NCBI GenBank assembly: GCA_035602465.1
Contig: DATNMQ010000149.1
Location: 16,534-80,533 of the forward strand
Origin: Candidatus Sulfotelmatobacter sp.
GTDB lineage: Bacteria > Chloroflexota > Dormibacteria > Dormibacterales > Dormibacteraceae
Direction: 5' to 3'
DNA: 64,000 bases
Made by a program: the position numbers and the translations under genes. Shown here in pieces: positions 63,572 to 64,000 of this stretch. Position 1 is the stretch's first letter. The number at the start of each line of letters is the position of its first letter. The notes beneath the pieces are model-generated. The model ran no database searches, was not told the DNA's origin, and saw nothing but the letters and a program-made list of their open reading frames with translations.

Positions 63572-64000
63572 ATGCGTCGCATGCGTGCGGCCCTCCAGTC
63601 CACGCTTTTGTTTCCCGCCTTGTCCAACTTCTGCCATCTCGCGGTTCGCGATCGCGAGCAGCTTCGCTCGCTCAACGGCCCCGCGGTTTTCGTTTCCAAC
63701 CACGTCAGCGCGCTCGACGCGGTGGTGATGGCCGAGGCGCTCCCGTCCCGTTACAGGCACCGCTCCGTGGTGGTGGCCGCGGCGGACTCGATCTTCAAGC
63801 GCAAATGGGAAGCTCGGCTCGCCCAGGTGACCGTCGACGCGTTTCCAATCCCGCGAGGAGGTGGCGCTAGGGCGCACCTCGACTACCTCAAGGAGCTCCT
63901 CAAAAAGAACTGGTCGGTGATCATCTTTCCGGAAGGCCGCCTGACCGTGACGGGCGCGATCGGCACCTTCCGGAAGGGCGCGGCGATCCTCGCCATGGAT
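63572..64000 (+). CDS. lysophospholipid (1-acyl-glycerol-3-phosphate) acyltransferase, partial at the window end
   Basis: My own translation gives ...AVFVSNHVSALDAVVMAEAL... (HX4D motif) and ...VIIFPEGRLTVTGAIGTFRKGAAILAMD (PEG motif). The frame opens at 63482. Candidate starts are the ATG at 63572 and the GTG at 63539. There is no stop before the window end. Confidence 0.7.
   Translation, partial: MRRMRAALQSTLLFPALSNFCHLAVRDREQLRSLNGPAVFVSNHVSALDAVVMAEALPSRYRHRSVVVAAADSIFKRKWEARLAQVTVDAFPIPRGGGARAHLDYLKELLKKNWSVIIFPEGRLTVTGAIGTFRKGAAILAMD

Noticed and set aside
1-64000. CRISPR arrays, IS elements or transposases, integrases, prophage genes, toxin-antitoxin pairs, rRNA
   Set aside because: I scanned all ORF translations and the intergenic gaps. 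I found no regularly spaced repeats, no DDE, tyrosine or serine recombinase motifs, and no phage structural genes. The only mobile feature found was the DnaB intein, plus the att-like tRNA-Gln repeat.

Overview
This is a 64 kb segment of a high-GC bacterial chromosome. Third codon positions are strongly G/C-rich, GTG and TTG starts are common, and many adjacent genes overlap by 4 nt (GTGA or ATGA). The gene families look Actinomycetota- or Chloroflexota-like, but I cannot assign a taxon without a search.

Most of the window is core metabolism and housekeeping. I support about 60 CDS, 4 complete tRNAs, one tRNA fragment and one intein.
- Genes and operons: a hom-thrC-thrB-ask operon, selA-selB, metF, glpX, zwf, purA, rplI, an intein-bearing dnaB, a CCA-adding enzyme, and two ABC exporter pairs.
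- tRNAs: Leu-CAG, Arg-TCG, Leu-GAG and Gln-CTG, all with encoded CCA.
- No CRISPR array, transposase, integrase or obvious phage or defence genes were seen.

Main observations, in order of interest:
1. Two copies of a roughly 140-220 nt structured element lie immediately upstream of the hom operon and of glpX. They share a conserved core, show compensatory base-pair changes, carry a variable hairpin, and have a sequence-divergent outer helix that buries the Shine-Dalgarno (SD) sequence in both copies. I interpret this as a candidate undescribed cis-regulatory RNA.
2. A 46-nt perfect direct repeat of the tRNA-Gln 3' half brackets a 2.7 kb ABC-exporter cassette with no integrase.
3. A 934-aa protein fuses a Ser/Thr kinase, a Cys-rich module and an AAA+ ATPase.
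4. A translationally coupled DUF1206-DAG-kinase-PAP2-PAP2 operon is flanked by a third PAP2 gene and a phospholipase D (PLD) gene.
5. dnaB carries a full-length intein with a LAGLIDADG homing endonuclease.
6. A G-quadruplex-type tract, a consensus promoter with a long structured leader, and a frameshifted M29 aminopeptidase are also present.

All functional calls come from motif and family recognition by eye. No database search was run, and start codons are often uncertain.
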